Translations under genes and position numbers: made by a program
Assembly: GCA_950097015.1 (NCBI GenBank)
Contig: CATNEN010000001.1
Location: 15,438,001-15,502,000 of the forward strand
Direction: 5' to 3'
DNA: 64,000 bases
Source of the DNA: Macrostomum hystrix
Lineage: Eukaryota > Animalia > Platyhelminthes
Notes under the pieces: model-generated
The model's input: only the letters and a program-made list of their open reading frames with translations
Databases searched by the model: none
What the model was told of the DNA's origin: nothing
In this document: piece after piece, positions 24,204 to 36,019 of the stretch
Layout: every line of letters begins with the position of its first letter
How positions within the stretch are numbered: the stretch's first letter is position 1

Positions 24204-27200
24204 CGGCTGGGCGACTTTGTATTTAATTTAAGAGTACAGTTGAGGCTGGGGGTGTCTATGGGTAAACAAGGTGTAAAAAGGAGCTAAATTTAGCGCAGTA
24301 GGGCAAACTTGAATTAACGTGGAGGATTGCCAGATGAATCCGACAGATTGGGGGGGCTGTACGGATGGCTAGGATACGGCGTAGGAAATTAGGAAGCGGA
24401 AGATAGAACATCAGTTTTAGTCTCTTTGAGATAAACTCTAGGTTCATAGTGTACGAAGTAACACTCAGGGAATGTCAAACAGGGCGTCTCGGACTCCCTG
24501 CCGCTTACGGGCGCGAAGAGAGCGGACCGAAGTCGGTACAGCCGTGACATTAGTTGCCGTTGGCGACTGCGGTGAGCTGTCCTGGGTCTTCGCCCTGGCG
24601 CCGATTTCTGGATCCGGCTCCACAACTTCGGCCTCCAGCGGGACGAGATGCTCGACAGGACGCCGGGATTCGTAACCGGCACTGGTGCGGATTGTGACGT
24701 AGCGCACGACGCCTTGTGCATCCGGGTGCAGGGCTAGGATGCGACAAGTCTTCCAACTGGCACGAGGTGTGCTCTCAACGAGAAGGCAGAGTTGATCCTG
24801 ACGAGGCTGCTGGGTAACCCCTGGATTGCGTCGTCGTTCTGCCAGATGGATTGATCGCAGATGCTGGAGGTATTCGCGGCGCCAGCGATCCCAAAAGGCG
24901 TCGATAATCTGTTCCCTGCGGTAGTAGAGCGCCCGTAGTACGTTGCCGGTTGACGAGTCCGCCGGTGGTAGGAGACTCTCTGAAGCGGCTGGCAGGTCGA
25001 GGCAGACGTTTGGGGCTATAAGATGTGCCGGTGTCAGTGGGCGCATATCCCTTGGGTCGTTGCTGAGAGCCGTGAGGGGGCGTGTGTTGAGTACGGCTTC
25101 AACCCTGCAGAGTAGAGTCCGCAGTTCATCGTCATCGATCCGACGACGCCAGAGTGCCGGCCGTAGGCTGGCTTTGGTAAGAGCGACAAGCCTTTCCACC
25201 GCACCCTGGTGCCAAGGGGAACGGACCGGTGCGAACTTGAAACGGAGTCTACGGGTGGTGGCAAAAGGTTGAAGATCCGTGAAGATCTTGTGCTGGAACG
25301 TCGGCGCCAGGAGGGTATCTACCAGCTTGGCGGTGGCCTGGAATGCCGTCGCCTGATCGAGGAAGATTGTACCTTCCGTGAGGCCTCGCCGGGCCCAAAA
25401 TCTCTCAAACGCGTGGAGCACCGCGTCCGCGGAGTAGTCCGTCAGAGGTTCTAGGTGCACAGCACGACTGGTCGCGCAGGAGAGGATGAGGACCCAGCGC
25501 TTGGCTGACGTCCTTGTCGTGGCGCCCATGTATATATCGGTCCTAACTGATCGATGAGAATTGAGCGGAAAGCGGGCTGCGTGAAGTCCAAACGTTCAGG
25601 TGGCAGCTGACCATGATGTGGGCGAGTCATGGGTGGCGCTTTGGAGGCGCGGCAAACAAGGCAGCCACGTAGAGCGTTGCGCACAGTGGCAAGGCCACGG
25701 ACAATCCAGAAGCGCTCCCTCAGTCGACTAAGAACTGTGGAGGCAGTCGCGTGTACCTCCTGCTCGTGGATATGTCGGATCAATAGATAACTGAGGTGAC
25801 TCCTCGAGGGCAGGAGCAACGGGTTTAGTGCATCAGCGTCCAAATTGGCGTTGGCCATGCGTGAGCTCAAGCGGACGAAACCGTCGGTATCAAGATACAA
25901 GGCAAGCTGATTCACCAGCCGACAATTCCCAGGGTTGCCCGATTCAAGAGCGATCATGTCCTTGAGGTAATGTAAACGCTGTGTGTACCGGACCCAGAGA
26001 AGGAGGGCGGCGTTGCGCGCGTTTAAGCCTGGGACTCCGCGGGTCCTGTCCCTCGTGACGAAGCGGACGACATATGCGGTTGCACCGAGCAGGGTGTTGA
26101 GGCATCCGAAACGAGTGATATCCATGTCTCCAGGTGGGGGCTCAGCAACGCCTTTGGTAGCGTGCAGAAGCGAAATAGACGGGGGTGCATTGGCAATCCC
26201 AAGAGGCAGATGGGCGAGGGTTGTTAGAATATCTTTCGGAAGTTGTAGCGCCTGTAAGTGAATGGCTGGAGCAATCCTCTCGACTGAGAGCACCTTCAGC
26301 GGCATGCGTCGACCATCCAGTGTGGCTAATTCCAGGCGAACAATGTTGGCGTGCACGCGACGGCGAGATTCGGCATGACACGCAGAGCTGTCGAGGCTGA
26401 TTGTACCGAGGGACTGGAGGCCGATTCGCCGGGCTATGTCGCCTCGAAGGTAGGTGTAGCTGCAACCGCCATCGATAAGGGCCGTGATCGGAGCCGAATC
26501 CCCAGTTGCCGGGTTCACAGCTGGAGCAGAGAAGGTGGCCATCACTATGGGCTGAAGGAGGCTATCCTGCGCGGACGAGACGCAGGAGATGGCGTTAACA
26601 GGGCCGGATGAATCCTCCGTCGATTCCACAAGGGGGGAGGTGTCACTGAGATGCGAATTGACTATCGGCTGATGCGGCCTTCGCGAGTGCGCCGAGGGGC
26701 CTGCTCCAGTTTGGATGGCGGGTTCCCTCGGGTAAGCGCCATGAAGAGAGGTATGGTGCTTGGAGCCGCACTTGCGGCACCGGCTGGAAGAGGGGCAATG
26801 CCGTGCCTCGTGATCCCCAAGGCAATTGAAACACAGTTTCTTCCGTCGGACAGCACTGAATCGGTCCTCGGGCTGGGTGACACGGTCACAGCGAGACGCA
26901 TTGTGACCGCTCTGGTCGCAGTAGACGCATCCGGCGATATCCTGACAGCGGATGGTGTTTTTGCGACTAGGGCCATGCTGATGTCTGCCGGCGGCGTAGC
27001 TGCGTCCTGAGTTCTGCGCGGCCGGTGGGCAAGAGTTTGATGCCGCGCCGAGGAGATTGGCACCGGAGTAGGGTGCTTCGGCTGGAGCTTCGTTTGTCAC
27101 AGTCCTGGCGGCACGGAGAACGCGTAGCTTCGCGTCCAAGTGTCCTTGCAAGTCGGTCATAGTGGGCATGGGCGACTGAGTGGCTTTAATGCGGGCGTCC

Positions 27201-28300
27201 TGAATGTCTGTCCGGAGCGCGATAGGTAACTTCGGCCACAAGGCGTGGATGTATGCGTCCATCGCCGCTTCCGGCTCCTGCAGCCGGGCAAGCTGACCCA
27301 CAGTGAGACGAAGTGCGTCCGCGAAGGGTTCCAGCGTTCGGAAGTCGACGTCGTTGAGATGCGGCATGTCCAGGAGGCGTTTGTAGCATGCGCTCTTCTG
27401 CTCTTGCAAATCGCCGTAGTTATATTCCAGAATCCGCCGCGCCTCCTCGTACGCGCCGGGCTGGCAAGCGTCCAGACCTCCGAGCTTCCGTGAGGCCCCC
27501 GTGAGGAGACCTCGAAGGACCTCAAACTTGTCGACGGGAGACATTTCTAGGGCATGAATTCGATGATCGAACGCGCCCCAGAACGCTGGGAATGCGGCGG
27601 GGTCCTCACCATCGAATGTCGGTAGTCGTGCGTTGCGCAGGACGCTGTCGCCGACGAAGGAAGCCGGGCGGCGGGCCGTGGGCAGTGGGTTCGCATCTGG
27701 CACCGCCGCTGGCGCCGGTGGGGCTGCCGCTGTCTGGCTTTGAAGCTGAGTAAGTAGTTGCTGGTTTTGGTTAACATAAAGCCTTTGTCTCAGTCAGTTG
27801 ACGACAAATTGGTAGCAGAGCGTGGTTTGTTTGGCACCAAGGCAATGGTCAACACTCGCGCGACCTCAGCCGAGACTGGGGATACAACCGACCCGATTAC
27901 TGGGGATCATGCAGGACAGGAGCAAGCAACGGGAGGGGCGACCGCTGGACCATCGGCACCACTGCTTCAGCCGACAGTTGCCGGCCAGCCGCCAGCCAAC
28001 CAGAACATGCTTCAGCACCTACTCGGCGTCATGGTCACCATGATGCAGCAAAACCACGCTCTGCTACCAATTTGTCGTCAACTGACTGAGACAGAGGCTT
28101 TATGTTAAGCTTAAGTTGCTAGAACGAACTATGCGTGAGTGTAGTTTCTTTTGGGGAACGGCTGGGCGACTTTGTATTTAATTTAAGAGTACAGTTGAGG
28201 CTGGGGGTGTCTATGGGTAAACAAGGTGTAACAAGGAGCTAAATTTAGCGCAGTAGGGCAAACTTGAATTAACGTGGAGGATTGCCAGATGAATCCGACA
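24204..28300 (-). mobile_element. BEL/Pao LTR retrotransposon lacking RT/RNase H
   Basis: 5' LTR 28300-28073 (tgtcg...cgaca), then tRNA-iMet-type PBS tggtagcagagcgtggtt (28069-28052). The truncated 3' LTR (24345-24204) is near-identical over 142 bp. Gag, protease and integrase motifs are BEL-type. Confidence 0.92.
24465..27770 (-). pseudogene. BEL Gag-protease-integrase polyprotein (one frameshift near 25530, N-terminus inverted)
   Basis: LPTFDGEDPAAFPAFW (DUF1759-like), three Cys/His knuckles, protease ALIDGGCSYTYL, integrase HHCC, D (IDQLGP), D (FLDQAT), E (GAVERL) and FWDRWRREYL (DUF5641-like). Confidence 0.88.
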
Positions 28301-28821
28301 ATGGCCAAGGGCGCGAGTACTATTAAGACTGAGGCTATGTCAAGCTAGATAAAAATAAAGCGGCACAATGATCGAAGTTAAGACAAGGTTTCACAATACT
28401 CGTATCTAGGCTGCAGTTTTCATGGATTTAAATGAGGAGGTCTCGCTAGCATTGAGCATCATAAAAGCTCAATCATTGATATCAGCTATGTACGCTTTAC
28501 TTATTAAAAACAAATCGCTCAATCTGCAAAGTGACCAATATCACTATCGCAATATATAAACGTACGTACGGGTGCTAAAAGCAGTAACGCAATCCTATTC
28601 GATTGGCGGTATCGGGCGCTCTATTTTGCTAACACACTCGCCGCCGAGAAAAGGAGTGACGCAACCACATTCAACTGAGAGTATCGGCCTTCTGTGCTAC
28701 TAACGCACGCAAGGGCGAGAAAACGCACCCATGCAATCTAATAGAACTGACAGTGCCAGGCACTATTCTATAGATAAAAAAACCTAAAAAGTATGGCAAA
28801 AATACGTAAAGCATACCATCA

Positions 28822-28895
28822 GGGGTCGGTGACAGAGCGGTTATCGTGTTTGCCTCACGCACCACGGTCCCTAAGTTCGATTCCGCGGGGAAGCC
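28822..28895 (+). repeat. Truncated tRNA-derived SINE head (paralogue of 47177)
   Basis: A-box-like tgacagagcgg and B-box gttcgattcc, with the same 5' flank (ataccatc) as the full copy. Confidence 0.7.
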
Positions 28896-31230
28896 ACATT
28901 TATTTGAATCACAGTAAATCGTGCCACTCTCCGTCAAAATTAATTCCTGTTTCTTCGAAAACTTATGCTATCCATAAATAATGTAAGCTACACCCTCAAT
29001 TAATCATGCTACCACCTTAAAAAATGCTACCGTCTTTATATATTCTGCTATCCCTCGATAAATAATTGCAACACCTTCGAAAATACATTCCAACCAATTC
29101 TGACAAGAATTGTTATCCCCTCGATAATTCAAGTTTTTTAAGGTTGCGATTTCAGGGGCCGGTTTCAGCCGACTAGGCCGTCCCTCCGCCTGTCTGTGCG
29201 TGCGGCTCGCGCGTGTTCATCCCTGCTGCAAGGTGGGGTGCTGGGTGCCGGCCGGCCGGCAGGTGGGGTGGTTTGATTGGGGGCTGGTGGCGTCGGCCCC
29301 ACTTTATTTGTGTGCTCACGCTCTCTCGTGCGTGCTGCGTGAGCGCCTTGGCTCGTAAATTTTTTGTATTGCTTTTTTCTGTTGCTTCGGGACTTCCATT
29401 TTCAGTCCTTCCTTCGTGACTCCCCAAATCCTAAAATATATTCGCTATCGTAGGACTCGTTCGTCCACTGCCTTTGTCGCCACGCCTGTGCCTTCCCTCT
29501 TGCTGCTTTTGGCCCTGTTGGCTAAATCAATAATTCATGCTTTCCCATAAAAATTGAGATTTTCTAACTAGATAATTTTGGTTTCCCTAAATGCATGCAT
29601 GTTAGTTGATTAATTTTTACTATCACCTCGATAATTTTGCTTTCCGTCAATAGTTTATGCTTTCCTTGATAACTTCATTCTTCCGCTCAATATTTCGCGC
29701 TTTTCCTTTCAATAATCCATGCTTCCTTTCGATAATTTTTATTTTCCGTCTATGATCGACGTCGATATATCGTGCGCTCTTTTAACAAAGCATGCTACGC
29801 TCGAAATCTCCTAGCAAAACTTGGTTCCCCTCGACAAAGCTTGGTTATCCCTCGATAATTATGCTACCGCCCATATTAAATCAGGCTCCTCTCCCTCACT
29901 AATACTTGCTGTTTTCTCAATAACTTATGCTGTCTGGTAAATTGCAAAATCATGCTAATTAAAAATATTCAAATGAATTATGGTACTTTTTTCTTGAGAT
30001 ACATCCTCAATAAATCATGCTACCACGTTGATATACCATGATTTCTCTCGTCAAATATTGCTACTACCTTGAAAATTCATGGTACAACATTGATAATTAA
30101 TTATTTCCCTTACTTAATTCATGCTTTACCCTACTCAAATCAGGCAGACTCCTTGATTCATGCTCTCGCCCTAATTCCCCATATTCCCCATTCGATAATT
30201 CATGATCCCACTTTGAAAGTCCATGCTTCACCCACGATAATTCATGCTTTCTTTGTCGCTAATACATGCTTCCCCTCGATAACGCTTGCTACCTCCACAA
30301 ACATTTTTGCCACCCCTCGATAATTTGTATCACACCTCAAATAATCTTGCCTCTTCTCGACAATTTATGTTTCTTCCTTGATAATTAATTTTACTACCTC
30401 GCTAAATTATTCTACTACCTAAATCATGCTACCATCTTTATAATTCATGCTTCCTCGCGATAATTCATTTTACCCCTGGAAAAATCACATAGCCCCAGAA
30501 AATTTGGACTATACCTGTATAAATCGATCTACAACAAGATAGTTCATCCTACCCTCTCGATACCTCGTGCTTCCCTTCGATGATTAATGTTTCCCATCGA
30601 TAATTCTTGCTTTTCCTCTGATAATTCAGGCTACCCAATCTATAATTAATGCTTTTGCCTCGATAATTCTGATTTAGATAAGTCAAGCTAAACGCTTCCC
30701 CTCAAGAATTTATTCTGCCCTCTCGATAATGCATGCTTCCTTTCGATGATTAGGTTTACCCTTCGATAATTTATGCTGTTTTCATTGATACTCATGATGC
30801 CTCTGGTAAATTAATTTTTCTTTTGAAACTCATGTTATTTTGTCGAAAATTGATGCTATGCGCTTAATGATTCATGACCATTCCTCGAAAATTCATGCTA
30901 CTCCCTCTATAATGTAAAATACAGCACAGCACATTCCTCTCTTCGCCCAGTCAGAGGTGCGAATTTCAATAAATAAAATTTAAGAGCACAACTCCTCTCC
31001 ACCCAATCAGCGCTCATTTTTTACATAAGCGAAAAGGCGACTGCAAATTCAGCCAATGTTAATCTGTATTTCTATATTTCAAATAACTTCGTCGCAAACA
31101 TTCAAATGACTCACTGACTATCTCGCTAAAAATAAATCTACGCCTAAAAAATAAACACTGAGTACACTAAAAAACGTGTATATATTTCTAACAACGTCCT
31201 AAAATTCGTGCTCGTAAACCATTGCTAAAA

Positions 31231-34173
31231 ATGGTCCGCGACGTAGTTTACAAGGGCTCCGAGACCAGCGTCTACATAGGGGCAAGGGGTAGCTTAGGCA
31301 AGAAAGGCCTCTTCCTGACGGTGGCGATTCTCGTCCTGCTCGAAATCCTCTTCGCGGACTCCGTAGTGGCAGTGACGACGGTTCCGACAACGGTTCCGAG
31401 CAGTCCGCCGCCGGTGACTCCGGGACCATCGACTGCGCCGCCGCTCGTAAAAGACGTCCGACTGCCGGCTGGCGTCAAGCCCATGCACTACAGTCTCACC
31501 CTGGCGCCCTACATCTACGGGACGAACGCATCAGCCTTCTACTTCACCGGCTCCGTCAGGGTGAGGCTCAGTGTCAGCCAGAGCACCAACAACCTCAAGC
31601 TGCACGCAGACAGGATCAAACTGACGGTCCAGGATATAAAGATCTACGATAACAGCTCCAAAAAAAACTTCACCGTCACGAGCGTTGTGTACGACGACAA
31701 GCGTCAGTGGTACAGCATCAACATGAGCGAGCCGCTGCCTGCGAACAGCTCAAGCGTCGTCCTGCAGATCGACAAGTTCCGAGGTCCACTTCGGCCTGAT
31801 CTTAAAGGTTTCTATCTGAGCTCCTACACTGAGAACGGAGTTACAAAGTACCTCGCCACTTCTCAACTGCAGCCGACGGACGCCAGGAAGACATTTCCGT
31901 GTTTCGATGAGCCTGGATTCAAGGCAAAGTTTGACATTAGCCTCGTGAGACTTGCGACTTTCAAGTCCATCAGCAACATGCCATCAAAGCAGGAAAGCAA
32001 CGTGACTGCCAAGCAGTGGTTTAGCGAGATGGCCGACTCAGATCTTGTAGTTAAGGAGGACTTTGAGACTACTCCCATCATGTCTACTTACCTTCTGGCG
32101 TTCATTGTGTCTCAATTCGACTATGTAGACAGCAAGGACGACAAGGGTCGCGAATATCGCAACTGGGTTCGACCCGAGTTCAAAGGTCTCACAAACTACT
32201 CGCTTGAGGCCGTCATGAACATCACCCAGCACTTTGAGTCCTACTTCAACGTGTCATACCCGCTGAATAAAACGGATCAGGCTGCAGTTCCCGACTTCAT
32301 CGCAGGTGCGATGGAGAACTGGGGACTGATCATTTATCGGGAGAGCCGCCTCGTTTTCGATGCATCAAAAGACACTAGCGCCATTTTACAAGCCATCGGC
32401 AGCATTATGAGCCACGAGCTCGCCCACATGTGGTTCGGAAATCTGGTCACTCCGGACTGGTGGGACGACATCTGGCTCAATGAGGGATTCGCCAGTTTCG
32501 TGCAAATCATCGGAGTGCACAATCTGCATCCCGACTGGGAGATCGATGCTCAATTCGTGTCAAAACTGCAGAGTGCGGCCCTCGATCTCGATTCAAAAGG
32601 CTCGAGCCACCCAATTTATATTCAGGTTTATAATCCGAGTCAAATCATGGAGATCTTCGACACCATCAGCTACAAAAAGGGCGCCACCGTTCTTCGCATG
32701 CTTCACGGCTTCGTGGGTGACGAAGTGTTCCGGAAAGGAGTCGGAAAATACCTATTGGACAACAGTTACGGCAACACATTCCACACTGCTCTCTATGACA
32801 GTCTGGCTCGACAGTACAACGAAACGTGGGGCAGACCGCTCGACGTGGGTCAAGTGATGGACCGCTGGATAAAGCAGATGGGATATCCCGTGCTCAACTG
32901 CTCCAGGAGTGCAGGCCAGCTCACACTGACCCAGAATCACTTCCTCAGCGACCCCAGCCAGAAGCCCAGCTACGAGAGTGACTACAACTACACGTGGATC
33001 ATCCCAGTCACCTTGGGCACGAAGGAGAATCTCACATTGGGTACTCCGGAGGATGTGTCACGATTCGTGCAATGGATGGCCGACAAGAGCCAGGCGTTCG
33101 ACTTGGACGCCGGCTCGAGTTGGTACCTGCTCAATCTGCGCTCGCTCGGCTTCTACAGAGTGAACTACGAGCTAGCGAACTGGGAAGCTCTCATCAAACA
33201 GCTGCTGTCGGACCACAGCGTGTTTACTCCGCAGGACAGAGCCCGTCTGCTCGATGATAGCTTCTCTCTAGCCAGCGCAGGCTACCTGGACTACAGCGTT
33301 CCGCTCAACATGACCAAGTACTTGAAGAACGAGACCCACTTAGTTCCGTGGGAGTCGGCTCTTTCGAAGATGAGCTACCTGCACTCGATGTTCCACCGAC
33401 AGTCTCCGGAGTACGGTCCTCTGAGTGCCTACATGCGCGACCTGCTCGAAGGTGCCTTCAAGGACGTCGGACTCGACAACAAGGAGAGCGATACGCACCT
33501 GACCCGACTGAAGCGAGAGCTCATCGTCTCATCGGCCTGCCTGTACGGTGTGCGACGTTGCAAGGAGGCTGCAAGGGAAAAGTTCAACGACTTCGTGAAC
33601 TCAAATTTTACCAAGAGCATCAGTCCGGACATCAGATTTCGAGTTCTTTGTGAAGGAGTGTTCACATCTTCTATGGACGTGTGGGACCGACTGTTTGAGT
33701 ACAGCAAGACCGTGTCCCACCCCGGCATCAAAAACGACATCATCCGCAGCCTGGCCTGCACAAGCGAGCCGTGGATCCTCAACCGCTACCTGGACTATGC
33801 TCTCAACGAATCCAGAGTCCGGAGGCAGGACTCCTCCACGGTGTTCTCGAGCGTTTCCGCGAACCCACACGGTCTAAAAATCGTGTGGGACTGTCTGCAG
33901 AGGAAATGGGAGAGCATTCAGGAAAAGATCTCTGGCTTAATTGTTAAGAAATTTATTGAAAACCTGGCCGACTTCAACAGCGAGCAGAAGGTTTTGGAGA
34001 TGGAGAAGTTCAAGGCGCAGCACAAGAAAAGCCTGGGTGCTGCGACGCGGGCCATGGACATCGCCCTGGAGAACGTGCGCATCAACGTCAAGTGGATGGA
34101 GCGCAAACTTCCGGCTGTTCGCATCTGGCTGGCCGATAATGTGAAGCGGTTTGAAGAGGGGCGCGCGGTGTGA
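31231..34173 (+). CDS. Aminopeptidase N-like M1 zinc metallopeptidase, copy 2 (intronless, canonical motifs)
   Basis: GAMEN (32305-32319), HELAH (32413-32427)-X18-E and ISYKKG, in an uninterrupted ORF. Confidence 0.95.
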   Translation: MVRDVVYKGSETSVYIGARGSLGKKGLFLTVAILVLLEILFADSVVAVTTVPTTVPSSPPPVTPGPSTAPPLVKDVRLPAGVKPMHYSLTLAPYIYGTNASAFYFTGSVRVRLSVSQSTNNLKLHADRIKLTVQDIKIYDNSSKKNFTVTSVVYDDKRQWYSINMSEPLPANSSSVVLQIDKFRGPLRPDLKGFYLSSYTENGVTKYLATSQLQPTDARKTFPCFDEPGFKAKFDISLVRLATFKSISNMPSKQESNVTAKQWFSEMADSDLVVKEDFETTPIMSTYLLAFIVSQFDYVDSKDDKGREYRNWVRPEFKGLTNYSLEAVMNITQHFESYFNVSYPLNKTDQAAVPDFIAGAMENWGLIIYRESRLVFDASKDTSAILQAIGSIMSHELAHMWFGNLVTPDWWDDIWLNEGFASFVQIIGVHNLHPDWEIDAQFVSKLQSAALDLDSKGSSHPIYIQVYNPSQIMEIFDTISYKKGATVLRMLHGFVGDEVFRKGVGKYLLDNSYGNTFHTALYDSLARQYNETWGRPLDVGQVMDRWIKQMGYPVLNCSRSAGQLTLTQNHFLSDPSQKPSYESDYNYTWIIPVTLGTKENLTLGTPEDVSRFVQWMADKSQAFDLDAGSSWYLLNLRSLGFYRVNYELANWEALIKQLLSDHSVFTPQDRARLLDDSFSLASAGYLDYSVPLNMTKYLKNETHLVPWESALSKMSYLHSMFHRQSPEYGPLSAYMRDLLEGAFKDVGLDNKESDTHLTRLKRELIVSSACLYGVRRCKEAAREKFNDFVNSNFTKSISPDIRFRVLCEGVFTSSMDVWDRLFEYSKTVSHPGIKNDIIRSLACTSEPWILNRYLDYALNESRVRRQDSSTVFSSVSANPHGLKIVWDCLQRKWESIQEKISGLIVKKFIENLADFNSEQKVLEMEKFKAQHKKSLGAATRAMDIALENVRINVKWMERKLPAVRIWLADNVKRFEEGRAV

Positions 34174-34827
34174 AATTTGTGTGCGAGAACTGCGAGAAAT
34201 GCCCCGCTGACTGGTAATTATAAGTAGCAATTATCGTGAAAACTGTTAAGGATCTGGGACAGAAGAAAATCAGCTTTATTGTAGATTTGTTTTTTACTTA
34301 TAATCCTGATTGATTTAGCTTAGTTGAACCGTAGTCTGTACTGGGCTTCAGGTGTTCCATATATAAAGTGTGCAATTAACTTATCGTTGCGACTGCAAGG
34401 TCAATGTGGTTTTGTTGCCTCAAGGTAGTTTTGTTGCCTCAAATTTCATTTTGTTCAAGGTTTCTTCTTTAATTTTATTGGAATGTTTGACGGCTCATTA
34501 ATATATTAAACTTTTTTCTTTGGCTTGATGGCTCATTTATATATTAAACCTCACAAATAATAGCCGACATGGTTTCTTGATGAAATTTTACCCATACCTA
34601 TATTGGTGGTTTTCACCACCCAGCAGAAACCTCTACAAGAATCGTTCAACATCTCGACGATGCGGATGCTTTGCGATTCTGTCTAGCTTTTTCTGTATTT
34701 TTCAGTAGAATGGAAAAATGAAAATTCCGGATATTTGAAATATATCACTCAGTGAGTGTCGCTGGGCACAATTGCTGATGTTGGAACTGATAATCGATCT
34801 GATGTTCGTTTAAAACTAATTCTGTAC

Positions 34828-35095
34828 CTGTTAGACAGGAATCTGCAAATCTGTGAGACAGGAATCTGCTAATCTGTTAGACAGGAATCTGCTAATCTGT
34901 TAGACAGGAATCCGCTATTCTATCAGACAGGAATCTTCTAATCTGTTAGACAGTAATCTGCTAATCTGTCAGACAGGAATCTGTTAGACAGGAACCTGTT
35001 AGACAAGAACCTGTTAGACAGGAACCTGTAAGACAGGAACCTGTTAGACAGGAACCTGTTTGACAGGAAACTTTCAGACAGAAACCGTTTAGACA
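34828..35095. repeat. 23-bp minisatellite grading into 15-bp units (ctgttagacaggaac)
   Basis: Paralogue of 9821-10355 with a different copy number and unit mix. Confidence 0.9.
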
Positions 35096-35127
35096 AAATC
35101 CCAATAGCTTTTCGAACTCACTCTCAG

Positions 35128-35847
35128 GACATGGTCAGCGAGGTGGACAGTGACGGAAACGGTTCCATCGGGTTCTCCGAATTTAGCAATGATGGAGCGA
35201 ATAAAGACGGAAGACGAATTCGCTGCGGAAATCGAAGAGAGTTTCAAAGTTTTCAATCGAGATCAGAACGGGTGAGAAAAAAATAATTGGTTGTTGAATT
35301 GTCTGATCAATAAATTAAAAGTCTGATCAATAAATCAACAGTCTGGTCGATAAATCAACAGTCTGGTAAGTTAATCAACCGCCTGATCAATAAATCAAGG
35401 GTATGATAAAAAATCAACGGCCTTATCAATCAATAAACGGCCAAATTAATAAAATGAAATGCCTGATCAATAAATCACGGCCTAATTATTTAAAGCATCA
35501 GCGTGATCAATAAATCAATGGCGTAATCAATCAATTAATGGGCTAATTGATCAATCAACGCTCTAATGGATCAATGGATCAATCAATTAATGGGCTAATT
35601 GATCAATCAATCAATCAACGCTCTAATGGATCAAAAAACCCTCTAATCGATCAATCAATCAAAAACCCGCAGATCCACCAGTCCCGCAGAGCTCCATCAC
35701 GTTCTATGCGAAATTGGCGTGAAACTCACCGACCAAGAAGCCGCAGAAATTATTGCTCAGGCCGACTATAACAAAGACGGCATGGTTGACTTTGGCGAAT
35801 TCTACAAAATGATCAAGACTAGAAACCCGCCAAAGTTGCGCCGGTGA
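35128..35847 (+). pseudogene. Calmodulin-like gene remnant, two exons (35128-35271, 35673-35847)
   Basis: DMVSEVDSDGNGSIGFSEF /shift/ AMMERIKTEDEFAAEIEESFKVFNRDQNG, a GT-AG intron, then STSPAELHHVLCEIGVKLTDQEAAEIIAQADYNKDGMVDFGEFYKMIK...stop. This is colinear with calmodulin EF2-EF4. No EF1 exon was found. Confidence 0.85.
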
Positions 35848-36019
35848 CCAAATTTTACAGGTAAAGTGATGGAACAGAAGCTAAAGTGATTGATAGATTC
35901 TGTAACCCATTTTAAGGGACTGCAAAGGCTAGGAATTTCGGAATCCTATAACCTATGACCCTAATATGTGTGCTTGGTCAAACTTTTGTCACATGTTGAA
36001 GCTCTGAACGCATATGTAC

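Noticed and set aside
28822-28895. Possible tRNA gene (also 47179-47250)
   Set aside because: The acceptor and anticodon stems do not pair properly. The full copy has a SINE body, tail and TSD.
29141-29525. GC-rich insertion in the satellite (and a ~225-bp insert at ~5678-5903)
   Set aside because: They appear absent from paralogous sites, but no convincing TIR, LTR termini or TSD could be found, so they were left unclassified.
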